A stretch of DNA of 64,000 nucleotides from the NCBI GenBank assembly GCA_023213395.1, contig CM041465.1, positions 225,687,741-225,751,740 on the forward strand. The letters are read 5' to 3'. The translations under genes were made by a program, and so were the position numbers. Below, in pieces: positions 51,736 to 64,000 of this stretch. Numbering within the stretch: position 1 is the stretch's first letter; each line of letters begins with the position of its first letter. Source of the DNA: Cycas panzhihuaensis (lineage: Eukaryota > Plantae > Cycadophyta). The notes below the pieces were generated by a model, which saw only the letters and a list, made by a program, of their open reading frames with translations, was not told where the DNA came from and made no database searches.

Positions 51736-53252
51736 GAGACGATGTTAAAATGGTTATTAGTTTAACCTAATATAATTCCTTATCATAGGTTGTTGTAACT
51801 TACATGTCATTTCTTGACTCTTTAAGCATACTTATTAAGTTAACAGGTGATGATTTTGTCATACGTTTGATTAAGATGTACATTAAGTATTTTTAGATTG
51901 ATTAAAGCAAGGTAATTTCTAGTGGATCTTTGGTGTTAGCTTGTGCATTAATTTCTTTGCATGCTCTTTCAACTTTAAGAGGCCCATAGTTTTGTAAAGC
52001 CACAGTGAAAACCTTAAAAGCCAAACTAAATCAAGAAAAAATTAATTTGAAGTCAATTCTAGGATGTTACAATGTGACATTATAAAATATACACTAGCAT
52101 CATGAAAATTATTGCCATGTTGAATTGTGAAATTTAGACTGGCATTATGAAGAATATATTAGCACCACAAAAAAATAAATAAAATCTAGTTTCAATGAAA
52201 ACTTAAAATAGACATAACTTTCTTATACAATGTTTATTTTTAGCCTATAACCATTTGTTTTCTTATGTACTTGATGAGATTTACCTAAGAGACTAGGTAT
52301 AATAATAAATTCATTTAAATTCAAAATCAAAATTTAAAAGGAATGTATAATATAAGTGAAATTTTGATAAAAAGGACCTAAAGTAATAAAAAATAATAGA
52401 ATCACAGTGAGAAATATCTATAGATATTTTAAAACTCAATCTAAGAAGAAACTAGATAGAAATCAACATCAAAATTATAAAAATATTGAACATTCATGGT
52501 GGGTGAAGCTAGAGCTACTTTTATAATTACATGAGAATTAAATATCATTATCAACAATAGGTTTAACCATGAGTACACATACATGTATACATCATCAAAA
52601 CTAGATCAATCATTTGAAGTTTCAACCAATTAATTAAAATAGATGAAGTGCTCCTAACCACATTTAGGGGGCCTAAAATGAAGAAAACATTTAGTTATTT
52701 GGTAGTAGAAGCTTATTAAATAGAGTGATTAAAGATGGTTAATGATGTCAAGCTAATTTTTAATAAATTTTATTCAATGATCAAGGTGTTTAATGTATTG
52801 TTAGTTAATACTAGGAAATCATGAAGTGATTAGTCTAACTTTAAAATAGGTGTATAAAATGATGAACTAAACATAATACTAAAAAAAGTAATGACTCATC
52901 TTGTACTTGTTATAACATAGTTAAAAGGAATCTAATAATCTAGATTATTACACAATAACCTATGGTTTACTAAACTTCTTTTTTTCGTAGAGATAGTAAC
53001 TTATACAAATAAAATGCAATGTGTCTTGAAGAGATTGGAGTCAAGTGATATCTAAAAGAAAATCAAATATAAATGCTCATTGATTATCTAAGAGATTATC
53101 TCTCTATAAATACAAGAAGGTTTGGTAACCACTTACTATATGTAAGCCACTTATCACTCTTACAATAAAGAGAGAATGATACATAACCCTTATTAACTAA
53201 CTACATGACTTAAGGTCCTATCATAGATAAAAGATTACTCTAACACCCTCTC

Positions 53253-55891
53253 TTAATGTTTTATCCATCTCAAATGAAGCTTATTTTTGAAAATTTGAAA
53301 CTTGTCTTTACTCAGATATTTAGTCAAGATATCAACAACTTGTTCATTTGTTATACAATGCATTAACTCTATTTCCTTGTTCTGAAACATTTTCCAGATG
53401 AAGTGATGATGAACTTTAATGTGTTTAGTTTGGACATGAAATATTAGATTATTTGTCAACTTTATTGTACTTTGATTATCATAATAAAGAGTTGTTGGAC
53501 TATTCTATTATTTATTTAGATCTATTAGCAATCGTCTTAGCCATATTGCTTCACAACATGCGCTTACTACTGACTTGTATTCTAACTTTGTAGATCCTAA
53601 AGCAATAATTAGTTATATTTTACTACTCAAAGATATTGTTGCTAATCTAAGAAGAAACTAACATCTAGTAGTTAATTTTCTATTTCTCTTATCTATAGAC
53701 TAATTAGAATCATTGTATCTAACCAACTTTTCTACATCATTTGTTATATATACAAGTTCTAGATCATATATGAGTATCCTTTTTACTAATCTCTAGTGCA
53801 ATATTTTTAGATCTTGCATATACTTAGATATCACTCTAACAAAATATGATATGTCAAGTCTAATGGTAGTAAGGTAGATTAGACTTCCAACCAATTGTTT
53901 GTACAAGGTTATATTGACTGAAGTTTCTCTTATGCCTAAAGCCAAATCACACCCAATTTCCATCGAAGTTGCACATCTATTGTAATCTTCTATTTTGAAT
54001 CTATTGAACAAATTTTAGGTATATTTATTTTACGATAGTGTGATTGAGTCCTCCTTTTATTTTACCTTTATGCTAAGATAATAACTTAGAAGTTCTAAGT
54101 CAGTCATTTTAAATCCCCTTTTTAACTGAGCTCTTATGACTGTGATGGACTCTGTATCACTACCTAAAAAAATCATATCATCTACATACACAATAGTTAT
54201 GGTGATCAATATTTGGTTTATTTTTCCATACAAAGTAGGATTTACTTCGCATCTCTGAAAATAATTTTGTGTGAGATATTTGTCTAATTTAGTATACTAG
54301 GCCTTTGGAACTTGTTTTAGCCCATATATGGCCTTTTTTAATCTACACACCAAATGTTCTTGATTATTTTAAACATACCCCTCCGGCTGTTGCATGTAGA
54401 CTTCTTCCTCTATATCTCTATCCAAAAGGCACTACATTGAGCTAATAGATTTTCTAATTTTGTTGTGTTACTAAGGCAATAACCATTCTTATAATATTTA
54501 GTTTTTCTATTGGAGAAAAGGTTTCATCATAGTCTACTCCTATAGTTTGAGTGTATCCCTTGGCCACCAATCTTACTTTATATTCTTCTATTCTCCGATC
54601 AAAGTTTTCCTTTACTTTGTACACCCATTTACAATTGATAATTAGCTTGTCAATAAGCAGTTCAACTAGTTTCCATGTTTTGTTCTTAGAAATTGCTGCC
54701 ATTTTTGTTTCCATTACTAATTCCCACTCAATATGTTGACTTCCTTCTTTATATAACTGAGGTTATGTTAAATAAAATAGTGTATGATGCTTTAGGGACT
54801 TGCTTCTATGATAAAACACATCACCTTTTACTTCTTCAACTATTTTGAGATACCATTTAGGTATCTTTTTAGAAGATGTCCTAATTTCTTCTTTTTCTTT
54901 AGGACTCATTTCTCTAATGGATGAAAGATATCTCTTAGAACTCTCTTCTTCTTCTATTTCTGTATCCTCATATATGATTCCAAAAATGTCATTAGGTGAG
55001 ATAGTAACTATGGAAGATTCTCTTATGGACACATCAATTTCGGGATGTATATCTAGATTTGCAACTATATCTTATTCAATAAAGACAACATCCATGATTC
55101 TATAGACTTTATTTATTTTGAGGTCTATGCATCCATATGCTTTAGAATTCTTTCTATAGTCTATTATTATTCATTCTATGCTTTTGCAGTCAAGTGTTAA
55201 CCTTTTCTTATTAGGAATATGAATAAAATCTTAACATCCAAAGATTTTAATATTGCTTACATCGGCCTTATATTTGGTCCATGCTTCTTCAAGAGTTATT
55301 TTATTCAGGGCCTGAGTTAGACTTCTATCTATTAGATAACGTACTATATTTATAGCTTCTACCCAATATGTATTTGGAATCAATCTATTTGTTCTTCTAC
55401 ACCATTTGATTGAGGAATATAGGGAGTTGTTATTTGTCAACATATCCCATGAGTCTTATAGAAGAACTGAAACTCTTTTAATATATATTTGCCTCTACCA
55501 TTAGGCTTGATATATTTTAATTTATTTCTACTTTCTAACTCATCTTTAGATTTAAATTCTTTGAATTTATCAAAAGGATCTGACTTATTATAGAGAAAGT
55601 ATACCTAGATTTTTTTAGAAAAATCATCAATAAATGTGAGAAAATATCTTACTCCATTGAGTGAGCTTGGGGTAATGGGTCCATAAAGATTAGAGTACAC
55701 TAATTCTAATTTTCTTTGGGTACACCATACACTTCTTTGGAATGGAAATCCATGTTGTTTACCCAACAAATAGCCTTTGCAAACAAAGAAATGAAATGTT
55801 ATATCTAGAAGCCCATCAACCATATTAGAAATTTTTAAAGCAACTTATAGAGGCCATTACTTTCAATGCCTCTGCCTATTATAATTCCACC
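53253..55891 (-). pseudogene. Copia integrase-RT-RNase H, degraded
   Basis: SLNGVRYFLTFIDDFS; YKVRLVAKGYTQTIGVDYDETFSP; YKQLVGSLIYLT; TKHIKVHHHFI..VVDILTK. Confidence 0.9.
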
Positions 55892-58800
55892 TGTTAGAAT
55901 ATGTGTACATACTAACTAACATAAAGTGGGCCTATTTATATACATAATTATATAGAGAATATTCTCAAGAGTGGAGAGCCAACAGATGTAAAATGTATTG
56001 ATATTTTGGCACTTTAGATCTATAAATATAGATCAAAGTCTAACTTTGTAAAATGCTAGATTTGTAATAATATAAAATATTATTATTATGGGTTTTCAAC
56101 TGTAAGGGTTTCTCACAGTAATCTGGTGTCCCATGTGATCTATTTCTACTTGTGATCTACCTACTGTGAAGGATCTTATCCACCTTATGTGCTTTGATTT
56201 ATGTTTCCCAACATGGTATCAGAGCTTATAAGTCATGCACAAGCAAAGGATCATTGTTGGATGGTCCAATCGATGGTGCCAGGTCATATTGGCTTGCCCT
56301 GAATGAATTGGTATACCCGATGACCCTGCATAATAGCCACAGAGATGCATATGATCATTGGAGGATCCCAAGAGCCTTTTGTTAATGTTTGCAGGTATTC
56401 TAAGCTATATGGAGGTGTGTGGATAAGCGGTTACTCTATTACTAGTTATGTAAGTGTTGTTTGAGCCTGTTAAAGGTGTTGGATCCCTATTTGATGATGT
56501 CATTAAGTTTATAGATGTGTAAAGAGCCTTGCCAGCTATGGAATATTTATTTGAAGACCCTCATGCCTTATAGAAACCATTGGAGTGCCTGTTAGTGTGA
56601 CATCTTCCTGGGAGAGTTGTAGAGAGCCAAAGCTAGTTGTAAAGGTATATTTAATCGTGCATTTGATTTTTGGTTTTACATAATATATTTAGTTATGCTT
56701 GTATTATGTAAGCACGTGTTTGTTGATATATTTAAGCTACCTATGCATGATATATCAGTTGTTTGCATAAATCGTGGATTATTTTCAATAGTTTACATTT
56801 ATATATGTCATTGCCCATGTATAATATTTGTTTGTGTGATGAATAATTGATGTTTCCCTATATGTATGCTTATATACTAAAGTTTCCCATGTTATTTATA
56901 TCTCATCAGCCGTATATTATATTTATGCCCTCCATCATTATACTATGGTCTACGTGATCTGCGTATAATATACTTCCATCATCGGTAGCTAAAATGATGT
57001 CACCTACTTGAATTTTATTCTTGCCATTGATATTTAAGCAGTCATGTTAAAATTAATGCTGTGATATCACCTGGATGATTAATATCCCTTTGCGGTTATA
57101 TTGTTGTCATCACCCTAGTTTATTAATAGTTCATGTGCCACCATAGATTTATATGTACATGCATGTATATACTATTTGTCATCCATATGAATATATATTA
57201 GCATTGCATATTGATACTTGCATGTTGTAGACCCTATAATATTTACCCAGGTCACTTGTTATGTGTTGAAATTTCATCGCTCATCATTTATATTTCATTC
57301 GCCCATATACATGCCCCAATATATATCATTGTGATATACCTTAAACTTTGATAGATATTTCGAAGGTTATGCCAAAGGCACCCATGCATAATATTTTTAA
57401 AAGTAAAGTTTTTGATATAGTTTAACAATTGATATATATCAAAAATTACTTTGATATCTTTATCTTTGTTATTATAAAGTGAAGTCTTATTCTCTTGCCC
57501 TTTTTTTTATGTTGGTACTATATCATGTTTGTGTAAAAGGATATAAGTGGTGCTTTATGATTATATATGCATGGCATTTTAATGCATTTTTTTCATCAAT
57601 AAGAAGAGAGGTTTTGTAAGACTTTGAATTGATGGCAATATGGAGTGAAGTTGTGCTTTGATGACGAAGTGGTGAGTGTTTATTTTGCACTCTTAATTAG
57701 CGACGAGGTGGTGACATTTAGTGATGATATGGTTAACTCTCTTGTGTATGTTATATATGGGAGAGTAAGATGGTGTTATGGACGATATCAGATGAGTGTT
57801 TGATGCTCTTTACATGTGGTTTACATAAAAGAGCTTATGGGCAAAGAAGGGCAAGATAAGGTACTTGTTACATATGAGATTATATGGCAAGTTAATTGGG
57901 CATGTTTGAGGGTAAGATTGGGTGTGTTTAAGGGTGATATTAGGCGAGAAAGGGTGGAGAAGTATGAGCATGAATGAGATACCTTAGTTACATATAATAC
58001 AAACTCTATTACTATTGTTAGTGTGGCATAAATCATTACACAAGTTCATATATATGTGTGATATATTAAGTGAAATGAGCTTATTCAATTATATTCAAGT
58101 TCTGTTGCATCAAATGTATATGAGGTGACATGAAGTTCAAAATTTACTTGTATGAGTGGTTGTTAGTTGATGATGGACCATTATACTTTATTAGTTGGAC
58201 TGATAATAGCATGAGGTTTGTGACCTTTTTTTTATGCTGGTTCAACATGGGTACATATCTAAACAAGTCTGATGTGGAACTCAGATAGAGTGATTGATGA
58301 AAGTTAAAGTGTGAATAGAAAGGTCTAAGATGAGATGCCTTAAAATCAGTTATGCGTTTATCATGGTATGTATGGTTCTCCTATAAGATTGCATTGCAGG
58401 TGAATATCATGATGAAAATAGTGAGGTTTGGTGCATGTTGTGGTTTGCCTCCCATGTTTTATTGGTAGAAATTGTAGCAGACAGGTATGGGTACCCTTGT
58501 TATGACTGTTTGTGGCACATATTTCCCTTGTGTTTTGTGTTTGGACTAGGTCATAAACCTTCCATTTATTTCTTTGATACATTGGAGTACACACATCTTA
58601 GACAAAGATTGCAGTAGTAGGATTATAAGAGTTTGAATCTTATGGGTTGTTTAGCTTACAAATAATGTGATCTGTAGGGGAATACATTGTGATCAGTCTA
58701 GATGTCAAGAGTTGTTGATGTATCATGTTGAGTACCATCCAATTACATGTTTTATCCTTCATTTCTTCACTTTTTTGAGTCATTATTTAGCAGGTGTAGA

Positions 58801-59678
58801 GTTTTGTTTGCCTAACATTATATTTGAGATGGAAGCAGGACTGAGTAGAAGATTGATGATAAGGAATTGTTAAGACATAGATTGCAACGCCATGTTCCAT
58901 TGATGGTTGAAGACCTGTAGGATGATTAAATATTAAGGATCATCATGTCATTCAAAGCTTATAATAAATACCAACATTCTAATAAGTGTAGATTCACATT
59001 GGAGTGTTATATTGAAGTAAAGCACCTTGTGAGTTTCCAAGTTGGAAGACTTATGGCTGAGTTATATGGATAAAGTGTCAGGTGTAGAGAGAGTTGTATG
59101 GTTGCAAGTCTATTGGAGCATTTTTAAAGAATCAAGTACATATGAGGCATAACACCATTACATTTGAGTAAAGATTATATCAGTGAAGATGTAGGTTAAA
59201 GATTGTCTAAGTGGAGATTGACTTGTGGATGTGTTCACCAAGCTCAAACTGAATATCACTATATTGATGTTCTTATATATTGGGTAAGGTTATCCCTAAG
59301 ATGGGATCTATTCCCAACAATAAACCTTGTTACCCCACATTTATATTAAGAGGGGATGTTGGAATATGTGTACATACCGACTAATGTAAAGTGGACCTAT
59401 TTATGTGCCTAATTATGTGAAGAATATTCTCAAGAGTGGAAAGTAGACGAATATAAAATGTATTGATATTTTGGCACTTTAGATCTCTAAATATAGATCA
59501 AATTCTGACTTTGTAAAATGATAGATTTGTAATAATGTGAAATATTATTATTGTGGGTTTTCACCTGTAAGGGTTTTTCATGGCAATCTAGTGTCCCATA
59601 TGATCTATTTCTTCTTATGATCTACCTGCTATGAAATATCATGTCAACCTTATTTACTTTCATTTGTGTTTCCCAACA
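55892..59678 (+). mobile_element. Non-autonomous copia-derived LTR element (LARD/large-TRIM-like, 3.8 kb)
   Basis: 322-bp LTRs 55892-56213 and 59357-59678 (TGTT..AACA); intact PBS TGGTATCAGAGC 56214-56225; PPT AAGAGGGGA 59348-59356; decayed TSD CCACC/CTATC; interior lacks long ORFs. Confidence 0.88.
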
Positions 59679-60979
59679 CTATCTTTTTTCATATCTAAGC
59701 TGTGGAAAAACCCATTTTCATCAAAGATGGTCCTTAATTTTTTCTTTTTAAGTTGGGAGACATAGAGTAGATTTTTCTTCATCCCAAGGATGAAAAGAAC
59801 ATTACCGATTTTTAGCACTTTTTGTTTAATTTCAACTACTATCACTCTAATGCCTTGAATATTAAGAGGATATTCATTCTGTAATTCTATTGACTTATTG
59901 AGAGAGTATGGATTTAGAGATTCAAACCATTCTCTCCATCATGTCATTTGACTAGATGCCCTAAAGTTAATATATCAAACATCTTCATCTTTGGTATAGG
60001 TAGCAAGTGAAACTATGAAAGTTATTTCTTCTTCTTCTTCTTCTTCTTCAAGATTATTTTTTCTTTGTTATAGTTCCCTATAGGTATTTTCCCTCTCTAG
60101 ATCTCAGTTCACCTCTGAGAATATTGATAGGGATAATATCCTCCTTACCCACAATGGTAGCACACATTGAAATCTTTATAATTGCTATAAAGTACCTGGT
60201 CTTATGCAGTTAAAATAAACTTTGAAATCTCTTAGTGGGTTTGACCTTCATCTACCCATGCTATCTTGCCATCTTCCTCTAGATTAATTTTTGGTATCGA
60301 GAGTCTAGCTACAACCTTTAGAAGAAGGTTATTCTCATCCTCTAGTCTCAAGACTGAGTTTAGATAAAAAGGCTTCCTCAATCTCTATCTCTTCCTTGTA
60401 TCTCTTGTTTATTTATTCTTGCCTAAGCATAAGACCTATTAATGTTTTAAGAGATATTATTACGGTCTGATTGTTATTAGTAATGGAATTTACTATATTA
60501 TCAAAAGACTTTGGGAGCTTGTTTACAATCATTTGTATAAGTTTTAATTCTAAAAGATATAATCCAATGCTAACTAAGTCATTTTTTATTGATGTAACTT
60601 TATGAATAAATTCTAAGATATTCTCTTTCTCCCTCAGATGAAGTTTATATAATTCCTCTTTTAAAGCTATAATTCTAACTTTATTTGTTTTATTGTGAAG
60701 ATTTGTAAATACTGTCTAGATATCTTCACAAGAATTTATTCCTTCAACATATACTAATAGAGGGTATGAGATAGATAATTTCAAAATTATTACACTTGAA
60801 TTGATTCTACCATCCTCGTTGGATTGATTAGCAATATTAGTAGGTCTTTTCTCTCTCCTTGTAGCTATACTCCAGGTATTTTTTACTCCCAACAGGCTCT
60901 TGATTTTGATCTTTAAGACATGGTAATATATTTTGGTTAGTTTATCTTGTTTATTCAAAGTAAGAATTAAGGAGGCCAT
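59679..60979 (-). pseudogene. Copia gag-protease, degraded (5' part of the 53053-61928 element)
   Basis: MASLILTLNKQDKL gag start; NVLFILGMKKNLLYVSQL protease end; frame rejoins GIIIGRGIESNGLYKL across the insertion. Confidence 0.85.
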
Positions 60980-63303
60980 CTCAAAAGAGGAATATAACAG
61001 AAAGTGTCAAGATGCTCAGTAAATCTGTTAATAAGCTAGTCGTATAACTATACGAGATTCTGTATAAAGGTATAATTATATGGACTAGTATAAAAAGGGT
61101 TGTAAAAGAAAAATACTAAACTAAGGATCTTAAATATATAAAATTTTTGCATAAAACTACTTTGGTTTGCTTTAAAAAAAGCCCAAAATGAAGGGCATAC
61201 AACTAGGGTTTATGAGAGAAAATCACTCATAACTTACAAAAAATTCAATCAAAGTCTTTGAGGCCAAACTTAAAAGAAGTGCATTAACTAGAGGAAGGAT
61301 TTATAATATGTATTACTTGGAAATCTAGAATAGAAAGAAGAAAAATTGAAGTTGAAGTTCTAAACCTACACCCTCTGAAAATGAGGCAAAATTGCTTGAA
61401 ATAATGTTAATCTCTAGTCAACCCTTCAAAAAACTATTATAGCCTTAACGAGATGCACCTTTTAGAAAAAATTTAAATGATTATAAGCACTTCAAAAAAT
61501 CTACTCTATGTTGTCCATATATCCCATATGTTAGTATGTTTTATCTATACTTTGTCTTATCCTTGCACAGATCTCATTTCAATTGTTAGTTTAAGCACTA
61601 ATAGTCTCCTTTAATCTCTTTTAGAGAGAAACTTATCTAACTCATCCTCCTTTAATTTCTCTAAGAAAATCTAATAGAATCCTCTTCAAAAACTTAACTA
61701 GGTAAGCAACTTACCTTGCTTTGATACCATGAAATAAAACTTAACCAAATATAGAATGCTTATTGATTATGTAAGAGATTATCTCTTTATAAATACAAGA
61801 AGGTTTAGTAAATGCTTACTACATATAAGCCACTTATTGCTCTTACAATAAATAGGGAATGACACATAACCCTCATTAATTAACTATACAACTTAAGATC
61901 CTCTCATAGATAAAATATTATGCTAACAATATCAAATGAGGGTAGGAAATTTAGAAAATAATTACAAAAAAGATAGTTGAGTGGTAATAATCTTGAGTCT
62001 AAAAACTGATTTCACATGAAATTTAAAGGAATCCAAATAGATAATGGACTAAATATAATTTAAACTTAAATATAGTAAATAAAGCCCCTACCTATGCTAA
62101 ACCCAATAGTTACTATATGATACACCTAATTTAAACCTAAACTATGCATTAGTAAGTAGGGATGAGATTGCCATGTGACCTATCCTATGTGTTGAGATGG
62201 TGTCATTGTTCACTATTTTTTTTAATAATGCTCATGTCTTATCAAATAAAACTTGATCATGATGGGGTCATGGTGAATCATAAGAAGGATTTAAAGTAGC
62301 TAGATGATTTACTTAATTTGAATCCAAATTATACACTAGTAGATGGGAGCAATGTTGTTATGAGACTTGTTCTAAATGTCAATTTGGTAGATATAAGGTG
62401 ATGAGGTATGAGTTGAGATATGAATGTACCTTTTAGTTAGGTTATAGTGGAGAATTACTAAATGGAGTGGTTTAGATGGAGTGTGTTTCTCCCAACTAAC
62501 CCAAGGATAAAAGGATGCTCACTCCAATAGTCTTTAGTGATTATGATTTATCCAAATGTAATAGGATAGAATGCAAGTGTAAATAAAAAGAAAAGAATAA
62601 GTAAATACTAAGTAAATGATGGGCCTAATGTATATACAATATAAAATTCTCAATGAATTCTTAGCTATTTAAAAAAAGAAGAATGAGATGGATATTTGAG
62701 AAGCACCTACATAGAAATTGAAGGCCAAAAAATATCTACTTATTTTAGAGTGTACTTCCTTATACAAAGCTAATTTAGGAGAAGCTAGGAGCTTAGTAAT
62801 CCATAAGAACCCATAAAAAATTAATAGCAAAACATAAATGCTAATAAGAAAAAATATTAAAATTCAAGTAATGAATACTAATAAGATGATGGAATAAAGG
62901 TTAATCATCTTCTAAAAAATCATCAAATGGTAATTGGATGATAGTAAAACTGAATGGCTTAAGAATAAGAGCATAAGATGGGGTATACTTGACTTATAAG
63001 GCCAATAGTTTAGTTATTTGTCTCAACTAGTTCTATCTAGAGTGGAATCATGATCTATAGGTAAAACCTACATCTATAAGTGGAATAAAGGTGTATATAA
63101 TGAATTCTATTACTAGTTTTGAGTTTAATAATCTTGAAAATTATACAACCCTTTAGAATACTTTATTAAAGGCATATATGCAATTGAGAGAATATCAAAC
63201 TAGAAATAAAAGTAAAATAAAATTAATATATATTTCTTTGAAATAGTTTTCTCTTTTTTTTTTTTTCCTTCTTGAAACTAAAATGAACATATCTACAATC
63301 TAA

Positions 63304-63470
63304 TTTATACTCATGGAGGAATAAAACTAGTTTATATTGATTATAGAGTCTTAGTTAGTTTATATTCATTACAAAGCATAAACGTAATTTATACTCATTA
63401 TGGGGTATACTCAAGTTTGAACTCATGGAGAAGCATAACTAGTTTATACTCATTACAAAGTTTCAACTAG
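63304..63470. repeat. Degenerate minisatellite, six units of 27-29 bp
   Basis: Core TTTATACTCAT at 63304, 63331, 63359, 63388, 63416 and 63443. Confidence 0.8.
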
Positions 63471-63970
63471 TGTTACATAACTGCTTGTTGTTAATAAAAC
63501 TTAATTGCTAGTCATGTGACCAAGGGACCTATTGGTTAGTGCTACCTATTAACTATGTGCACAAGCCACTTATATCTACTAATAGAATTGGAGGCCACTT
63601 TCACTACTAATAGTATTTTGTATAAAAGATTATTTTTGTCTATTTAACGCTTATTGAGTATAAAGTGAGATTATTGCATGTTAAGACTTTCTATAAGATT
63701 GTACTTCAATACATCTTTTGTTAGAATAATATTTAATATGGTGTATTAAATAATGTTAGGAGACCCCTTAAGTCACTTATGTAATATTAAATTAGTGTCA
63801 TTACTATGAGATGACTATAAGTATGTATTCATACCTATTATAATAATTGAATATGATCATTTCCCACTGTTTTATTTTCTTTATATCTGCATATAATTTA
63901 TTCTTTAATTTATTTATAGTTTACAATTTTTATCACCTCATGTATTTGAGTTTTTTAACATGGTATCAAA
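63471..63970 (+). mobile_element. 5' LTR (63471-63960) and PBS of another LTR element running off the right edge
   Basis: TGTTA..TAACA termini followed directly by TGGTATCAAA. Confidence 0.7.
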
Positions 63971-64000
63971 ATGGATTTGACTAAGAGATAAGATGTTTGA

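Larger units (their letters stand above)
39296..51971 (+). mobile_element. Ty1/copia LTR retrotransposon with 229-bp LTRs, interrupted by a nested Ty3/gypsy
   Basis: LTRs 39296-39524 and 51743-51971; PBS TGGTATCAAAGC 39525-39536; TSD ATTTT/ACTTT; domain order gag-PR-INT-RT-RH. Confidence 0.92.
53053..61928 (-). mobile_element. Ty1/copia LTR retrotransposon (about 195-bp LTRs), interrupted by a non-autonomous LTR element
   Basis: LTRs 53053-53245 and 61730-61928; perfect TSD ATATC (53048-53052, 61929-61933); PBS 61718-61729; PPT 53246-53254. Confidence 0.93.

Noticed and set aside
61934-63100. Gypsy gag/protease remnant flanking the second copia (with 52500-53047)
   Set aside because: Motifs are too decayed to support a call.
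63304-63470. CRISPR-like reading of the minisatellite
   Set aside because: The core is only 11 bp and degenerate, and the variable parts are related to one another.

Overview
AT-rich plant nuclear DNA; the retrotransposon types tentatively suggest a large-genome seed plant such as a gymnosperm. It holds one intact host gene that the ORF track misses: a 4-exon, 165-aa reticulon-like B22/B23-type gene at 14371-15979 (+) with a GC-AG second intron, inside a CG-retaining island at about 13.9-19.4 kb. The rest is decayed and nested retrotransposons. On the left are a Reina-like Ty3/gypsy running off the window edge, an older Ty3/gypsy remnant split by an insert carrying a LINE RNase H fragment, and a degraded non-chromovirus pol. 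On the right are a complete CRM-type element (32669-39218, TSD AAAAA), a copia (39296-51971) containing a chromovirus (44545-51207), a second copia (53053-61928, minus, TSD ATATC) containing a non-autonomous LTR element (55892-59678), and a 5' LTR at the right edge. All TE reading frames are broken, mostly by C>T/G>A changes. I see no clear-cut new biological system. The best leads are tRNA/SINE-like repeats in the reticulon introns, an insertion with an unprocessed end and no TSD, a recurrent CHG-site mutation in independent primer-binding sites, a copia inserted in a hairpin apex, an extra ORF remnant downstream of an integrase, and a possible distal UTR exon. All alignments and divergence figures were done by eye.
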